Source: Heterodontus francisci
Lineage: Eukaryota
Direction of reading: 5' to 3'
Assembly: GCF_036365525.1 (NCBI RefSeq)
Contig: NC_090378.1
Coordinates: 94,849,605 to 94,913,604, forward strand
DNA length: 64,000 bases
The notes under the pieces are model-generated. The model saw only the letters and a list, made by a program, of their open reading frames with translations, was not told the origin of the DNA and made no database searches. Made by a program: the position numbers and the translations under genes. Below, piece by piece: positions 38,341 through 50,059 of this stretch (positions are counted from its first letter, which is position 1; every line of letters begins with the position of its first letter).

Positions 38341-39175
38341 GGCCTGGATTTTGTTGAAGTCCCAACGTTGGGATCTGTGGCGGGCGGGGGGGTGCAGGGT
38401 GGCTGGGAGATTGTACCGGCAGTGGCCCACCATGGAACCTGACACCAGGAGTGCTGGCTTGATCTTCCCGGTGGCGGTGAGGCTCCGTGGCGGCTCCCCC
38501 CCCCCCCCGCCACCCCACAGCTGGGCAATAGGACCCAACTTTGAATATGTTAATTAAGAAAATGAACACATTTAAATATAATTGTCAGTGATCTTACCTA
38601 CTGCCCAGGATCTTCCGAGCGGCGGCCGGCACTCACGTGCCTTAACATTCCTGTTCGGGGAAAGCTGGTGCCACCAAGGTGGGGAAGTGGGGTACTTAGG
38701 ATTTTCAGTGCACTGGGGGAGTGGGGGGGTGGGGGGGTGGCGTTAGTTACGGGGTCAAATGTGCACGAATAGTGTAGGGGAGGGGGCGAAGGGATGACCT
38801 CTGCACTTTGAATAGTTTGGTGGGGGAAAGGTCAAATCTTGTATGTATGTCATTTGTGGGGGAGAAGACAACTATTATCTCTAAGTGTTATTCGGGGGGA
38901 GGGCAATATTTCTTATTGCAGTGTACTCGGTTGGGGGGTGGGATACAGTTTTAAATATTTAAATTTTAGCAGCAGGCATGGCTGCCCTTTAAAAATGGCG
39001 CCAGCGCCTGCACACAGCCAGCTGATGCCGTTGTTGGCGTTGCAGAGCCCGCCCCCAACACGTGACTGGGGGGAATGGTGGCCCGATTGGTATATTATCT
39101 TGAGCCACCACACACAGTAGGTCGCACGTGCGGGCCACCATTTTCTTCTCCCACCGCCGGGATAAAATTCCGCCC
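38341..39175. mobile_element. Harbinger-type MITE
   Basis: TIRs GGCCTGGATTTT / AAAATTCCGCCC with TAG/TGG flanks. Homologous to 5858-6618. Confidence 0.8.
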
Positions 39176-40059
39176 TGGGGATGGGCAATAATAACAATAA
39201 TTGCCAGTAATACCCTTATCCTAAAGATGACTTTTTACAAAAATAAGGAATTAACATACCACTGGTACAACCATCTGAAAATGGGTCCTTATACATTCAT
39301 GGAAAAGAAAGTCTTGTCTTTCATAGGATTTGGGGCCATCAAGTGGTAAAGATTATACAGTACAAGATATTCTGCTGTTAGACCTGGGAACAAATGACTC
39401 AGCTTGAAATGAGACAAATTTCATCTCGTTTATTTTGTCAGGTTAGCGATGGGAAAATATGCAAATGAGAAAAGAGCATAGGCAGTCCCAGAAACAAAAA
39501 AAAAGAATCTGAGAATTAAAAAAAAAAGAAAACTCACATTAAATCGCAAAAAGAAAAATCATAGACAAAACAATTAAACGATTCCCATCAATGGCACACA
39601 ATTAAAGTATTCTGGGACACCAATGAAAGCACAGAAATAATCCTGGAGCTAATTTTAAAATTAAGTCTTTACAAGAAAACAAATGGACAGTTCTGGAAAA
39701 ACAACAAGGAAGAAGTATTGGGAACAATCAGCTGAAGAAGGAATTGCATCTCATTATTTCTCGGAGAAATGTCTCAAGATGCTGCATAATAAATTATTTT
39801 AGGAATGCAGGCACTGTTGTTATGTAGACATAGTTGGCAACTTTGTGAACAACAAGATTCCACAGGCAGCACTGAAATCAATGGCCAGTTAAACTGTTTT
39901 AGGTTTGGGGTTGAATATTGACTAGTACACCAGGGGAACTTCAGTTAGTGCCATGGGATTCTATCTAAGCAGGCAAACAGGACTTTGGTTTAACATCTTA
40001 TCTGAAGGACAGTACCTCTCACAACTCAGTGCTCCTTCATTATTGCACTGAAGTGGTTC

Positions 40060-40487
40060 AGTTGATACCACTCTTGCATCTGAGTTAGGAAAGTTGTGGG
40101 CTCAAGTCTCACACCAGGGCTTGAGCCCACAAACATCAAGGCTGATACTCCAGTGCAGTGCTGAGCGAGTGCTGCACTGTTGGAGGTACCATCTTTTGGA
40201 TGATACGTTAAACAAAGGCCCTGCCTGCCCTCTCAGATGGATGTAAAAGATCCCATGGCACTATTTTGAAGAGCAGGGGAGTTGTCCTGGTGTCCGGGCC
40301 AATATTTGTCCCTCAATCAACATAGAAAATTATCACATTGCTGTTTGTGGGAGCTTGCTGTGCACAAATCGGCTGCCACATTTCCTACATTACTACAGTG
40401 ATTACACTTCAAAAAGTACTTCTTGTGTTGTAAAGCTTTGAGACATCCGACAGTCATGAAAAGTATTATAGAAAAGCAAGTCTTTTT
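40060..40487 (+). mobile_element. DeuSINE, near full length
   Basis: tRNA-like head, Deu core (gatgatacgttaaacaaaggccctgcctgccctctcagatggatgtaaaagatcccatggcac) and an L2-like tail. Confidence 0.8.
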
Positions 40488-40694
40488 TTTGAAGTGCCAA
40501 TTTAGCCAATGCTTGGTTCTCGAGTGGGATTTAAGTCCACAGTCTACTGACTCAGAGGTAAGAAAAGAAAGGCCTCGCATTGTTATAGTACCCAAAGTAC
40601 TTTTCAAGTGTACTCGCTGTTCTAATGCAGGGACATTTAGCAGCCAATTTACATTCAACAAGATTCCACAAACAGCAATGAAATAAATAATCAA

Positions 40695-41443
40695 GTGTTC
40701 AAAATTGTGAAGGGTTTTAACAGAGTAAATAAGGAGAAACTGTTTCCATTGGAAGAAGGGTCAGTAATCTGAGGGCATAGGTTGAAGATAATTGGCAAAA
40801 GAACCAGAGGTGACATGAGGAAAAAGATTTTTCACTTAGCGAGTCATGTTCTGAATGCACAGCCTGAAAGGGTGTTGGAAAGCAGATTCAATAATATCTT
40901 TCAAAAGGGAATTGGATAAATACTTGAAGGGGAAAATTTGCAGGGTCACGGGGTGTGGGACTACTTGAATAGCTCTTTCAAAGAGCCGGTATAGACACAA
41001 TGGATCAAATGACCTCGTTCTGTGCTGTACAATTCTATGGCAATATAGACTTAATGGCACAGTTGTAAAGAGTGTGCAAGAACAGAGGGGCCTGGGGTTG
41101 TTTTCCCTGGAGCAAAGGAGATTGAGGGGTAATTTGATAGAGGTATACAAGCTTATGACAGACTTAGATAAGTTAGACAAGGAAAAACTGTTTGCATTAA
41201 CTAATGGTACAAGGACTAGGGGATGCAGTTTGAAGGTTTTGGGCAAAAGATGCAGCAGGAATGCGAGGAAGGACTTTTTAAACGCAGCGAGCGGGAATGA
41301 TCTGGAACTCGTTGCCCATGAGGGTGGTGGAAGTGGAAAGATCAATGATTTCAAAAGGAAATTTGGTGGGCACTTGAAGGAATGGATGGGCCGAATGGCC
41401 TCCTTGTATGCCATAAATGACTATTACTCTATGATTCTATGAT
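40695..41443 (+). mobile_element. Two adjacent CR1 3' fragments
   Basis: LFSLEQRRLRGNLIEVYK..TRGCSLK. Two 3' tails end in attctatg repeats. Confidence 0.8.
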
Positions 41444-42378
41444 AATCTGTATTAGTGATTGGTTGAGGGATAAATCTTGGTTAGGATGTTAGAGTAAATC
41501 CTCTGCTCTTTGCAATAGTGCCATAAGATCTTTTACTTCCACCTGAGAGGGCACCTGATCCTACCAAAATATTTTAAGAATAAGAGTACCTATTTTCTGC
41601 TTTAGAAATTTTACTCTGAATTTTAAATTACAATGTGAACATGTATCATTGAAATTGCAAACACTGGTGCAGTTCTGATAAGTAAATCTAAATGGCAGCA
41701 AATAGAAGTTGACTGTATTGATTTATAAGATGGATAGACACCAGTCAACAACAGTGAGCCCATTTATTTATTCACTTCTTTGTCCTCTTTCTCATATACA
41801 CCTTCTCTTGCACTGTGCTATTTTCTTCTTGCTAGTTTTATGTGCTGTCTTGCTTGTGCTGACACCTTCCCATTGTATGGTTGTTTCTATTTTCTCCCTC
41901 TAACCCCAGTTGACTTCAGCTCCTTGCTGTCATTCCCCTCTGTATGGGATTTTGTTCATGTCTCTTTGATGTTATCCTGCTGATGTAGGGAATGGCTGTG
42001 GGCAGTGCGGAAAACTACCACTGGTCTACAGAGCATGGATTTGGCAACATAAATGCAGAGAAGCTGGTTTATATATGTCTGAGGAATCTAAGTTTAAAGG
42101 ATAGTTTAAAATAAAGCAGTTAATTCGAGTCTGTTTAGTCTGCAATTTCCTGATATAGATTGTTTCCACTGGGAACTCTTTGATATGTCCATCAAGTATC
42201 CACACAGGCTGGTGTAGCTGATTAATCTAAACACCAAAGGGAAGATTATTAACTGGCTGCTTGGATGTATAACTGGTGATGTGGATCAGCCGATTTACAT
42301 TTCTATTAATGCCTTTTGCAAAGAGCAGCCAATCTGCAACAACTGGGCCTGGATGGTAGGTTGAATATCTACTCCGTG

Positions 42379-44476
42379 TAATAAAAGCAAAATACTGCAG
42401 ATGCTGGAAATCTGAAATAAAAACAGAAAGTGCTGGAAACACTCAGCAGGTCTGGCAGCATCCGTGGAGAGAGAAGCAGAGTTAATGCTTCAGGTCAGTG
42501 ACTTTTCATCAGAACTGACATGTCTTCCTTTTTCCTCAACCGAGGATTCCACCCACCCCCCCCGCCCTCCCCCCCACTGTGGTTGACAGGGCCCTCAACT
42601 GTATTCAACCTATTTCCTGCACTTCTGCCCTCACCCCTTCCCCTCGCTCCCAGAACCACGACAGGGTTCCCCTTGCCCTCACTTTCCACCCCACCAGCCT
42701 CCACATCCAAAGGATCATCCACCGTCATTTCTGCCACCTCCAGCATGATGTCACCACCAAACACATCTTCCCTTCCCCTGTCAGCATTCCAAAGAGATTG
42801 TTCCCTCCATGACACCCTGATCGACTCCTCCATTACCCCCGACACATCGTCCCCTTCCCACGGCACCTTGCCATGTAACCACAGGAGGTGTAATACCTGC
42901 CCTTTCACCTCCTCTCTCCTCACCATCCAAGGCCCCAAACACTCCTTCCAGGTGAAGCAGCGATTTACTTGTACTTCTTTCAATTTAGTATATTGTATTT
43001 GCTGCTCACAATGCGTCGCTTCTACATTGGAGAGACCAAACGCAGATTGGGTGACTGCTTTGCAGAGCACCTCCGCTCAGTCCGAAAGCGTGACCCCGAG
43101 CTTCCAGTCCCTTGCCATTTCAACACTCCCCCACCCCCGCTCTCATGCCCATATTTCTGTCTTTGGCCTGCTCCAGTGTTCCAATGAACATCAACGCAAA
43201 CTCGAGGAGCAGCACCTGATCTTTTGATTAGGCACTCTACAGCCTTGCAGACTGAACATTGAGTCCCATAGTTTCAGAGCGTCACTGGCCGTTTCTAATT
43301 TTTTTAAATTTTATTTTTTAACCATATGCCTGTTTTTCATGTGGACAGAGCTGCTCATTATTCTGCTATTAACACTCTCTCTGGACTAATGCTTTGTCTT
43401 TCACCATAAGCATTAACAAGTTCTTTGCCTTTGTCCCAGGACAGCCTTGTTATTTAATCTCTCCTGCCCTATGCCCTATTACACACCATCCCTTTTGTTC
43501 TAAAATAAAAACAAAATACTACGGATGCTGGAAATCTGAAATAAAAACAGAAAGTGCTGGAAATACTCAGCAGGTCTGGCAGCACCTGTGGAGAGAGAAG
43601 CAGAGTTAACGGCCAGAATTTTACGGCACCCCAGCAAGCCGGATGGTGGCGGGGGAGGGCGGGAGGGTGGCGTAAAATGGAGCGGAAGGCTCCAGGAGGC
43701 CTTCTCAGCCTGCTCCTGCCTCTGCCCCACTTAAGTGACCACTTAAGGGCCTTCGCCCACCTCCGTGGGTATTTTACCCATGGCAAGCAGGCATCCGGGA
43801 GACGTGAAAGGCCACCCAGTGATATCTGGCGGCCTTTCAGCGCACTGGGGGGCCTGACAAACAAGCACAAGGTGCCCAAATGAAGGCCGCCCCTGCTTCC
43901 CCAACCACCCCCAGAACCCGAGACACCCACCTTCCACCCAAATGACTACCCTTGGCTCGCTGGGCCACAACCGATCTGCCCAGCGATGCAAACCAAACCT
44001 ACCTCAGTCCTGGCTCCATGCCCTCGGCTGGGCTGCAGTCTCAGCTGTGGCCATCGCTCCTGGTGGCGCTGCTGGGACTAAGAGCTGCCAGCCCGATGAT
44101 TGGCCAGCAGCACAATGAGGCAGGACTTCCTCCCTCAAGCGGGTAGAAGTCCCCCCTCTGAACAGTTAAAATCTGGGGACCCGTAAAATGCGGGTCAGAT
44201 CCCCGGACTGGGTGGATGTGGGTTTGCCACCGACTTTTATGTCAGTGGCCAGCTCCCGTCACCTGCCGTAAAATCCAGCCCAACCTTTCAGGTCTGCAAC
44301 CTTTCATCAGAAACTGACTTGTCTTCCTATTTCCTCAACCTATGATTCCCACCCACTGTGGTTGGCAGGGCCTTCAAAGTTCTGATAAAAGGTCACTGAC
44401 CTGAAACGTTAACTCTGCTGCTCTCTCCACAGGTACTGCCAGACCTGCTGAATATTTCCAGCACTTTCTGTTTTTA
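42379..44476 (+). mobile_element. Penelope-like element with inverted and partially tandem terminal repeats
   Basis: Inverted repeat at 42379-42517, GIY-YIG body (FYIGETKRRLGDCFAEHLRSV), second inverted repeat at 43502-44316 split by a MITE, a duplicated body start at 44319-44377 and a sense repeat at 44378-44476. Confidence 0.85.
43611..44281. mobile_element. Harbinger-type MITE with AAC TSD
   Basis: TIRs GGCCAGAATTTTACGGCA / TGCCGTAAAATCCAGCCC, with AAC on both sides. Confidence 0.88.
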
Positions 44477-44572
44477 TCTACTCCACTGTGTGAAATGCCT
44501 TATAAGGATATGCAACATGGAATGCCGTACCGGATTGTACTTCCCACTAGAGAGGGCTCTACACCACCATTA

Positions 44573-44923
44573 GGGTGGCACAGTGGCGCAGTGGTTAGCA
44601 CCGCAGCCTCACAGCTCCAGCGACCCGGGTTCAATTCTGGGTACCGCACTGTGTGGAGTTTGCAAGTTCTCCCTGTGTCTGCGTGGGTTTCCTCCGGGTG
44701 CTCTGGTTTCCTCCCACAGCCAGAAGACTTGCAGGTTGATAGGTAAATTGGCCATTATAAATTGCCACTAGTATAGGTAGGTGGTAGGGGAATATAGGGA
44801 CAGGTGAGGATGTGGTAGGAATATGGGATTAGTGTAGGATTAGTATAAATGGGTGGTTAATGGTCGGCACAGACTCGGTGGGCCGAAGGGCCTGTTTCAG
44901 TGCTGTATATCTAAATCTAAATC
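44573..44923 (+). mobile_element. HE1-type V-SINE, full length
   Basis: tRNA head (TGGCGCAGTGG A-box, GGTTCAATTC B-box), V-domain (tgtgtggagtttgca.gttctccc.gtgtctgcgtgggtttcctccggg) and a CR1-derived tail (gggccgaagggcctgtttcagtgctgtat). Confidence 0.9.
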
Positions 44924-45211
44924 TGCCTTCCTTTTTTTGCAGATTGCTTTCCTGTTTTTCAGGTTCTACCAGCTCTGCAGTGTCATCCACAATTCCTGGC
45001 CCTAATCTCCTTGATTGCTATTTTCTATTGGCTCCAGCAAAGAAGAAAGAATATTGCAATTGACTTAGCTTCAGATTTTCCCTTGCTTCCCCTGAGAAAG
45101 TATCAATGGGAACCCAGGTTGCCTGGTTCAGGTTACAAACTCACTGTGTGGAGCATTACAGTGATGGGCTGGATCTCAACATACTATAGTGACAATCTAT
45201 TACATACATTG

Positions 45212-46205
45212 TCTCTTTGGCCTCCTTGTCTCGAGAGACAATGGGTAAGCGCCTAGAGGTGGTCAGTGGTTTGTGAAGCAGCTCCTGGAGTGGCTATAAA
45301 GGCCAATTATAGAGTGACAGACTCTTCCACAGGCGCTGCAGATAAAATTGGTTGTCGGGACTGTTACACTGTTAGTTCTCTCCTTGCACTTCTGTCTTTT
45401 TTCCTGCCAACTGCTAAGTCTCTTCGACTCGCCTCTCTTTAGCCCCGCCTTTATGGCTGTCCACCAGCTCTGGCGATCGCTGGCAATTGACTCCCGTGAC
45501 TTGTGATCAATGTCACAGGACTTCATGTCGCGTTTGCAAATGTCTTTAAAGCGGAGACATGGACGGCCGGTGGGTCTGATACCAGTGACGAGCTCGCTGT
45601 ACAATGTGTCCTTGGGGATCCTGCCATCTGCCACACAGCTCACATGGCCAAGCTATCTCAAGCGCCGTTGGCTCAGTAGGGTGTATATGCTGGGGATGTT
45701 GGCCGCCTCGAGGACTTCTGCGTTGGAGATACGGTCCTGCCACCTGATGCCAAGGATTCTCCGGAGGCAGTGAAGATGGAATGAGTTGAGACGTCGCTCT
45801 TGGCTGACATACGTTGTTCAGGCCTCGCTGCCGTAGAGCAAGGTACTGAGGACACAGGCTTGATACACTTGGACTTTTGTGTTCCGTGTCAGTGCGCCAT
45901 TTTCCCACACCCTCTTGGCCAGTCTGAACATAGCAGCGGACGCCTTTTCCATGCGCTTGTTGATTTCTGCATCGAGAGACAGGTTACTGGTGATAGTTGA
46001 GCCTAGGTAGGTGAACTCTTGAACCACTTCCAGAGCGTGGTTGCCGATTTTGATGGATGGAGCATTTCTGACATCCTGTCCCATGATGTTCGTTTTCTTG
46101 AGGCTGATGGTTAGGCCAAATTCGTTGCAGGCAGACGCAAACCTGTCGATGAGCCTCTGCAGACACTCTTCAGTGTGAGATGTTAATGCAGCATCGTCAG
46201 CAAAG
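45212..46205 (-). mobile_element. RTE-clade LINE 3' fragment
   Basis: FADDAAL..LQRLIDRFASACNEFGLTISLKKT..FTYLGSTI..VLSTLLYGSEA and DGRIPKDTLYSEL..RPTGRP, with a C-terminal CSACGRVC..LYSH zinc motif. Confidence 0.9.
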
Positions 46206-46344
46206 ACACATACATACCAACCTAGAAAACTAGTAAAATCTAACCAACAACTCTTAAAAAAGCTGACACTGCCCCAGAAAATACAATCACTGAAAAACAG
46301 TCCTAAGCAAAGGTATTGTGACACACAAAGACACAGGGTTAGAG

Positions 46345-46700
46345 TGAAACTGCTGTGGGGCGTGGGGTATATGGGGTAGTGACAGGGGACAGTATAGTCA
46401 GGGAGATAGATACTGTTTTCTGTAACCACAACTGGGAGTTCCGAAGGTTGTGTTGCCTGCCTAGTGCCAGGATTAAAAGCATCGCCTTGAGGCTGGAGAC
46501 GAACTTGGAGTGGGAGGGGAAGGATCCAGCTGTCATGGTCCACCTAGGAACCAACGATATCAGGGAGCTAGGAATGATGTTCTGCTGAGAGAGCTTGAGG
46601 AGTTAGGGTCCAAATTAAAATGAGGAACCTCAAAAGTAATGATTTCTAGATTGTTACCTGAGTAACGCACCAATTGGCACAGGGTCAAGCAGGTGGGACT
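46345..46700 (+). mobile_element. CR1 ORF1 fragment (SGNH esterase-like)
   Basis: VVTGDSIVREID..CCLPSARI..VHLGTND. Confidence 0.8.
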
Positions 46701-46814
46701 GTGGAGTCAAGGTCACAATCATTTCAGCCATGATCTTATTGGATGGCGGAGAAGGCTCGAGGGGCCGAGTGGCCTACACCTGCTCCTAATTCGTATGTTT
46801 GTATGTTCATAAGG

Positions 46815-47478
46815 AACACAGAGCTAGCATGAAGGTACAGCAAGCAATTAGGAAGGCAAATGGCATGTTGGCCTTCATTGCAAGGGAACTGGAGTACAAG
46901 AACAAGGAAGTCTTGCTACAATTGTATAGGGCTTTGGTGAGGTGACACCTGCAGTACTGAGCACAGTTTTGGTCTTGATATCTCAGGAACATATACGTGC
47001 CTTGGAGGTGGTACAGTGAAAGTTCACTGCATTGGTTCCTGAGATGAGAGGCTGATCAAATTGGGCTATACTCTCTGGACTTCAGAAGAATGAGAGGATA
47101 GCTCACTGAAAGATTCTGAGGGGGCTTGACAGGGTAGACACTGAAAGGTTGTTTCCCCTGGCTGGGGAAGCTAGAACATGGGGGCACAGCCTCTGGATAA
47201 GGGGTCAATCATTTAAGACTGAGATGAAGAGCAACTTCTTCAATGAGAAGGTTGTGAATCGTTGGAATTCTTTACCCTAGAGGGTTATGGATGCTCCATA
47301 ATTGATTATATTTAAGGCTGGGATAGACAGATTTTTCATCTCTCAGGGAATCAAGAAATATAGTGAGTGGGTGGGAAAGTGGTGTTGAGGCAAAAGATCA
47401 GCCATGATTGTATTGAATGGCAGAGCAGGCTCAAAGGACCATATGGTCTACTTATGCTGCTAGTTCTTAAGTTCTTAT
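46815..47478 (+). mobile_element. CR1 ORF2 3' fragment
   Basis: VQQAIRKANGMLAFIARELEYKNKEVLLQLYRALV. 3' UTR similar to 1940-2368. Confidence 0.85.
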
Positions 47479-47954
47479 ATTTTTACAGCTTGTCACAACT
47501 TGAGTGGCAGGTATATTCAATGTTCAACCACTCTCACTGCAGGTGAAAAAACCTAAATCATATGAAGTGCCGTTTGCTGAGGGGTGGATTTAGAAATGAT
47601 GGTTATGTGGTCATGTCTTGATGTCACAGAATAGCCTGAAGAATTTTGCTGTAATTAAACATGCTTGCACATTACTCCAAGAGAGCTAACCTTTTGTGGA
47701 ATGACTTGTGGTATGATTAAAATAGGTCCCTCCCTTTGCCCTTTGGGAAATGAGCTGATGAAGACTGCCTTTAAATTGTGGTCCCAGATGTTTGAGTCTG
47801 AAATTGCCAGGAGCATTGGGTTCCATCGGTTGAGACAGGAGATTGAATCAATCTGCCATCCACCCTTGTTTAAGCAATATTTGTAGTGTTGCTAAGCAAC
47901 ACTAAAAACAGTATGTGAATACACCCTTAAACACTCAAGCACATATAAAGAAAG

Positions 47955-48275
47955 ATGGAAAGAAAGACTTGTATCTATATAGCATCTTTTCACGACCTCT
48001 GCATGTCCCAAAGAGTTTTATAACCAATGAATTGTTGTAATGTAGAAAATGGAGCAGTCAATTTGTGCACAGCAAGCTCCCACAAACAGCAATGAGATAA
48101 ATGGCCAGGTTATCTGCTTCAGATGTTGACTAAGGGATAAATATTGGCCAGGACACCAGGAGAGCTCCCATGCTCTTCTTCCAACAGTGCCCTGAGATCT
48201 TCAACATCCACCCAAGAGGGCAGACAAGCCATCAGTTTAACATCTCATATGAAAGACCACACCTCAGCACTGTGC
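47955..48275 (-). mobile_element. DeuSINE fragment
   Basis: Reverse complement of the 40060-40487 core and tail. Confidence 0.7.
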
Positions 48276-48570
48276 TGAAGCAATGTATTATACACATCAG
48301 AACTTCGCAAAAAAAATTTCCATTGACAAAACAAAGACCTAATTATATTCCTCAAGACAAGAGAAAATCACGACATGATGGTAAGTTTCCATTTCTCCCT
48401 CTTTTCATTCTCTATCTCCCTTCCCCACTACTTAAAGAATCCTGATACGTACATTTTTGATCCCTATTCCCTGCTGTACTCTGTTGCCGTATTTTTTCAC
48501 AGGGACTCCTCACCCAATCCTGGGCCACCCCTCCCTTACCTATTCTGGCCTTGTGTTTTGCTCTGTTATT

Positions 48571-50059
48571 GGCCCAGGACTTGCTGAAGAATTGTTATTA
48601 ATGCGCAAATCAGCTAGCAACTTGGAGCAAGGAAGAAATGCCCCATAAATTGCAAAGGCTGCATTTGCTGACAATGCAGCCACTAGGTGGCTCTGCATTG
48701 ACACATGTGCAAATGCAGCCTGTTCAACTAAAACGTCACAGTCAGTGACATTCAGGCACCTGCCAGGACTAAAGATGGCGCTGCTCAAATAATCACACAA
48801 AGGCAACGTAAACACATGGCAGCACACAATTGCCGGAGAGATTGGCTGGCTGGGGAATGGCCGGAGAGAGCGGGCGGGCGGGGGGAAAGGCCGGAGAGAT
48901 CGGCTGGCTGGGGACTGGCCGGAGAGATTGGCTGGTTGGAGAGTGGCCGGAGAGGGTGGAGGGGGCGGGGGAATGGCCGGAGAGAGCGGGAGATCGAGGG
49001 GGGGAATTGCCGGAGAGAGCGGGCGGGGAGGCAGGAGGAGAGTGCACCCACCGCCACCAAGGTCTTCGGCCGCTGTCTCCCCGCTTCCTGCCCCCCCCAA
49101 TCCCCTGTCTCCCCACTTCCCCCTGCTTCCCCCCCACACCCCGCTCTCTCCCCGCTTCCCCCCCCACCCCCCCCCCACACTCCGCTCTCTCCTCGCTTCT
49201 CCACTTGCTCTCTTTCCCACATTATGTGATGACGTCATCTGGGCATGCGTGTACCAGTCCTGACAATTTAGGTGATGACGTCATCCGTGCATGCGCCAAC
49301 CGGTCCTGGCAATGAGGAACGCAGCGCACGCGCAGAGAGCAGGAGCTCTTTTGCGCAGGTTGGCGCAGACGGATGACATCCCCGCCGGCTGCGTTGTCAA
49401 GAATCACTTTGAATTGCAAATTAGCACAAGTTACTGGATGATTTGAGTCACTCTGCCATTTGCTTCACAAAAATAGCACCTTGTCCTTAATCTCATGAGA
49501 GTTTTATGAAGTTGCCGCATTTGCACATTAATGGCCCATTAAACTCACCACAGAAAGTTAAGTCTAGTAATTAATAGTGTAAGTATCCTTTTAACTGTGA
49601 TAATTGTTAATGACTGCCAATCAACCACTCGCTCAGAAAGTGAACAATTAAAAGAGTGCAGTTTCATTCTTCTTGGTCGTGAATTGTTGTTGAAGGTTTT
49701 AAAAATATTAAGTTAAAAATAAATTAAATTCCATACTTTTCCTTTCTGTCTCAATCCAATATTTCTTTGCATCCCTTTCTGTCCTTGATTTGACATTGAA
49801 TTCACCTACTCTAGTTTACCCTCCTTCTCAGTCCTTCCTCTGTTATTGGCTCAATCCTTAAATTTTATTGGTTAAGGAAATGCATTGCTTATCCTGTTGT
49901 TCACCAGGGTCCCAGATGCTCTGTTACAATCTCTGAGCCGCTATCAACCCGCACTTCCAGCAACATTGTGGGTAAAATCTTTTAAAATCTAAATGCGCAC
50001 AAACAAGTTTAACTAATAGGATAGGCTGCACGATGTCCTGTTATGGCAAAATCTGGTTC
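48571..50059. mobile_element. Harbinger-type MITE with ATT TSD, carrying a nested insertion
   Basis: Ends GGCCCAGGACTTGC / GCAAAATCTGGTTC with ATT on both sides. Homologous to 25490-26226 once 48657-49411 is removed. Confidence 0.75.
48657..49411. mobile_element. Unclassified CpG-rich non-autonomous insertion
   Basis: Flanked by AATTGCAAA direct repeats (48648-48656, 49412-49420). Subterminal inverted repeat TGACAATGCAGCC / GGCTGCGTTGTCA. Internal ~28 bp GCCGGAGAGA tandem array (~48831-49020). Confidence 0.7.

Noticed and set aside
48540-49315. Several long overlapping Pro/Gly/Arg-rich ORFs
   Set aside because: Artefacts of the GC-rich tandem repeat inside an insertion; no domain or splice support.
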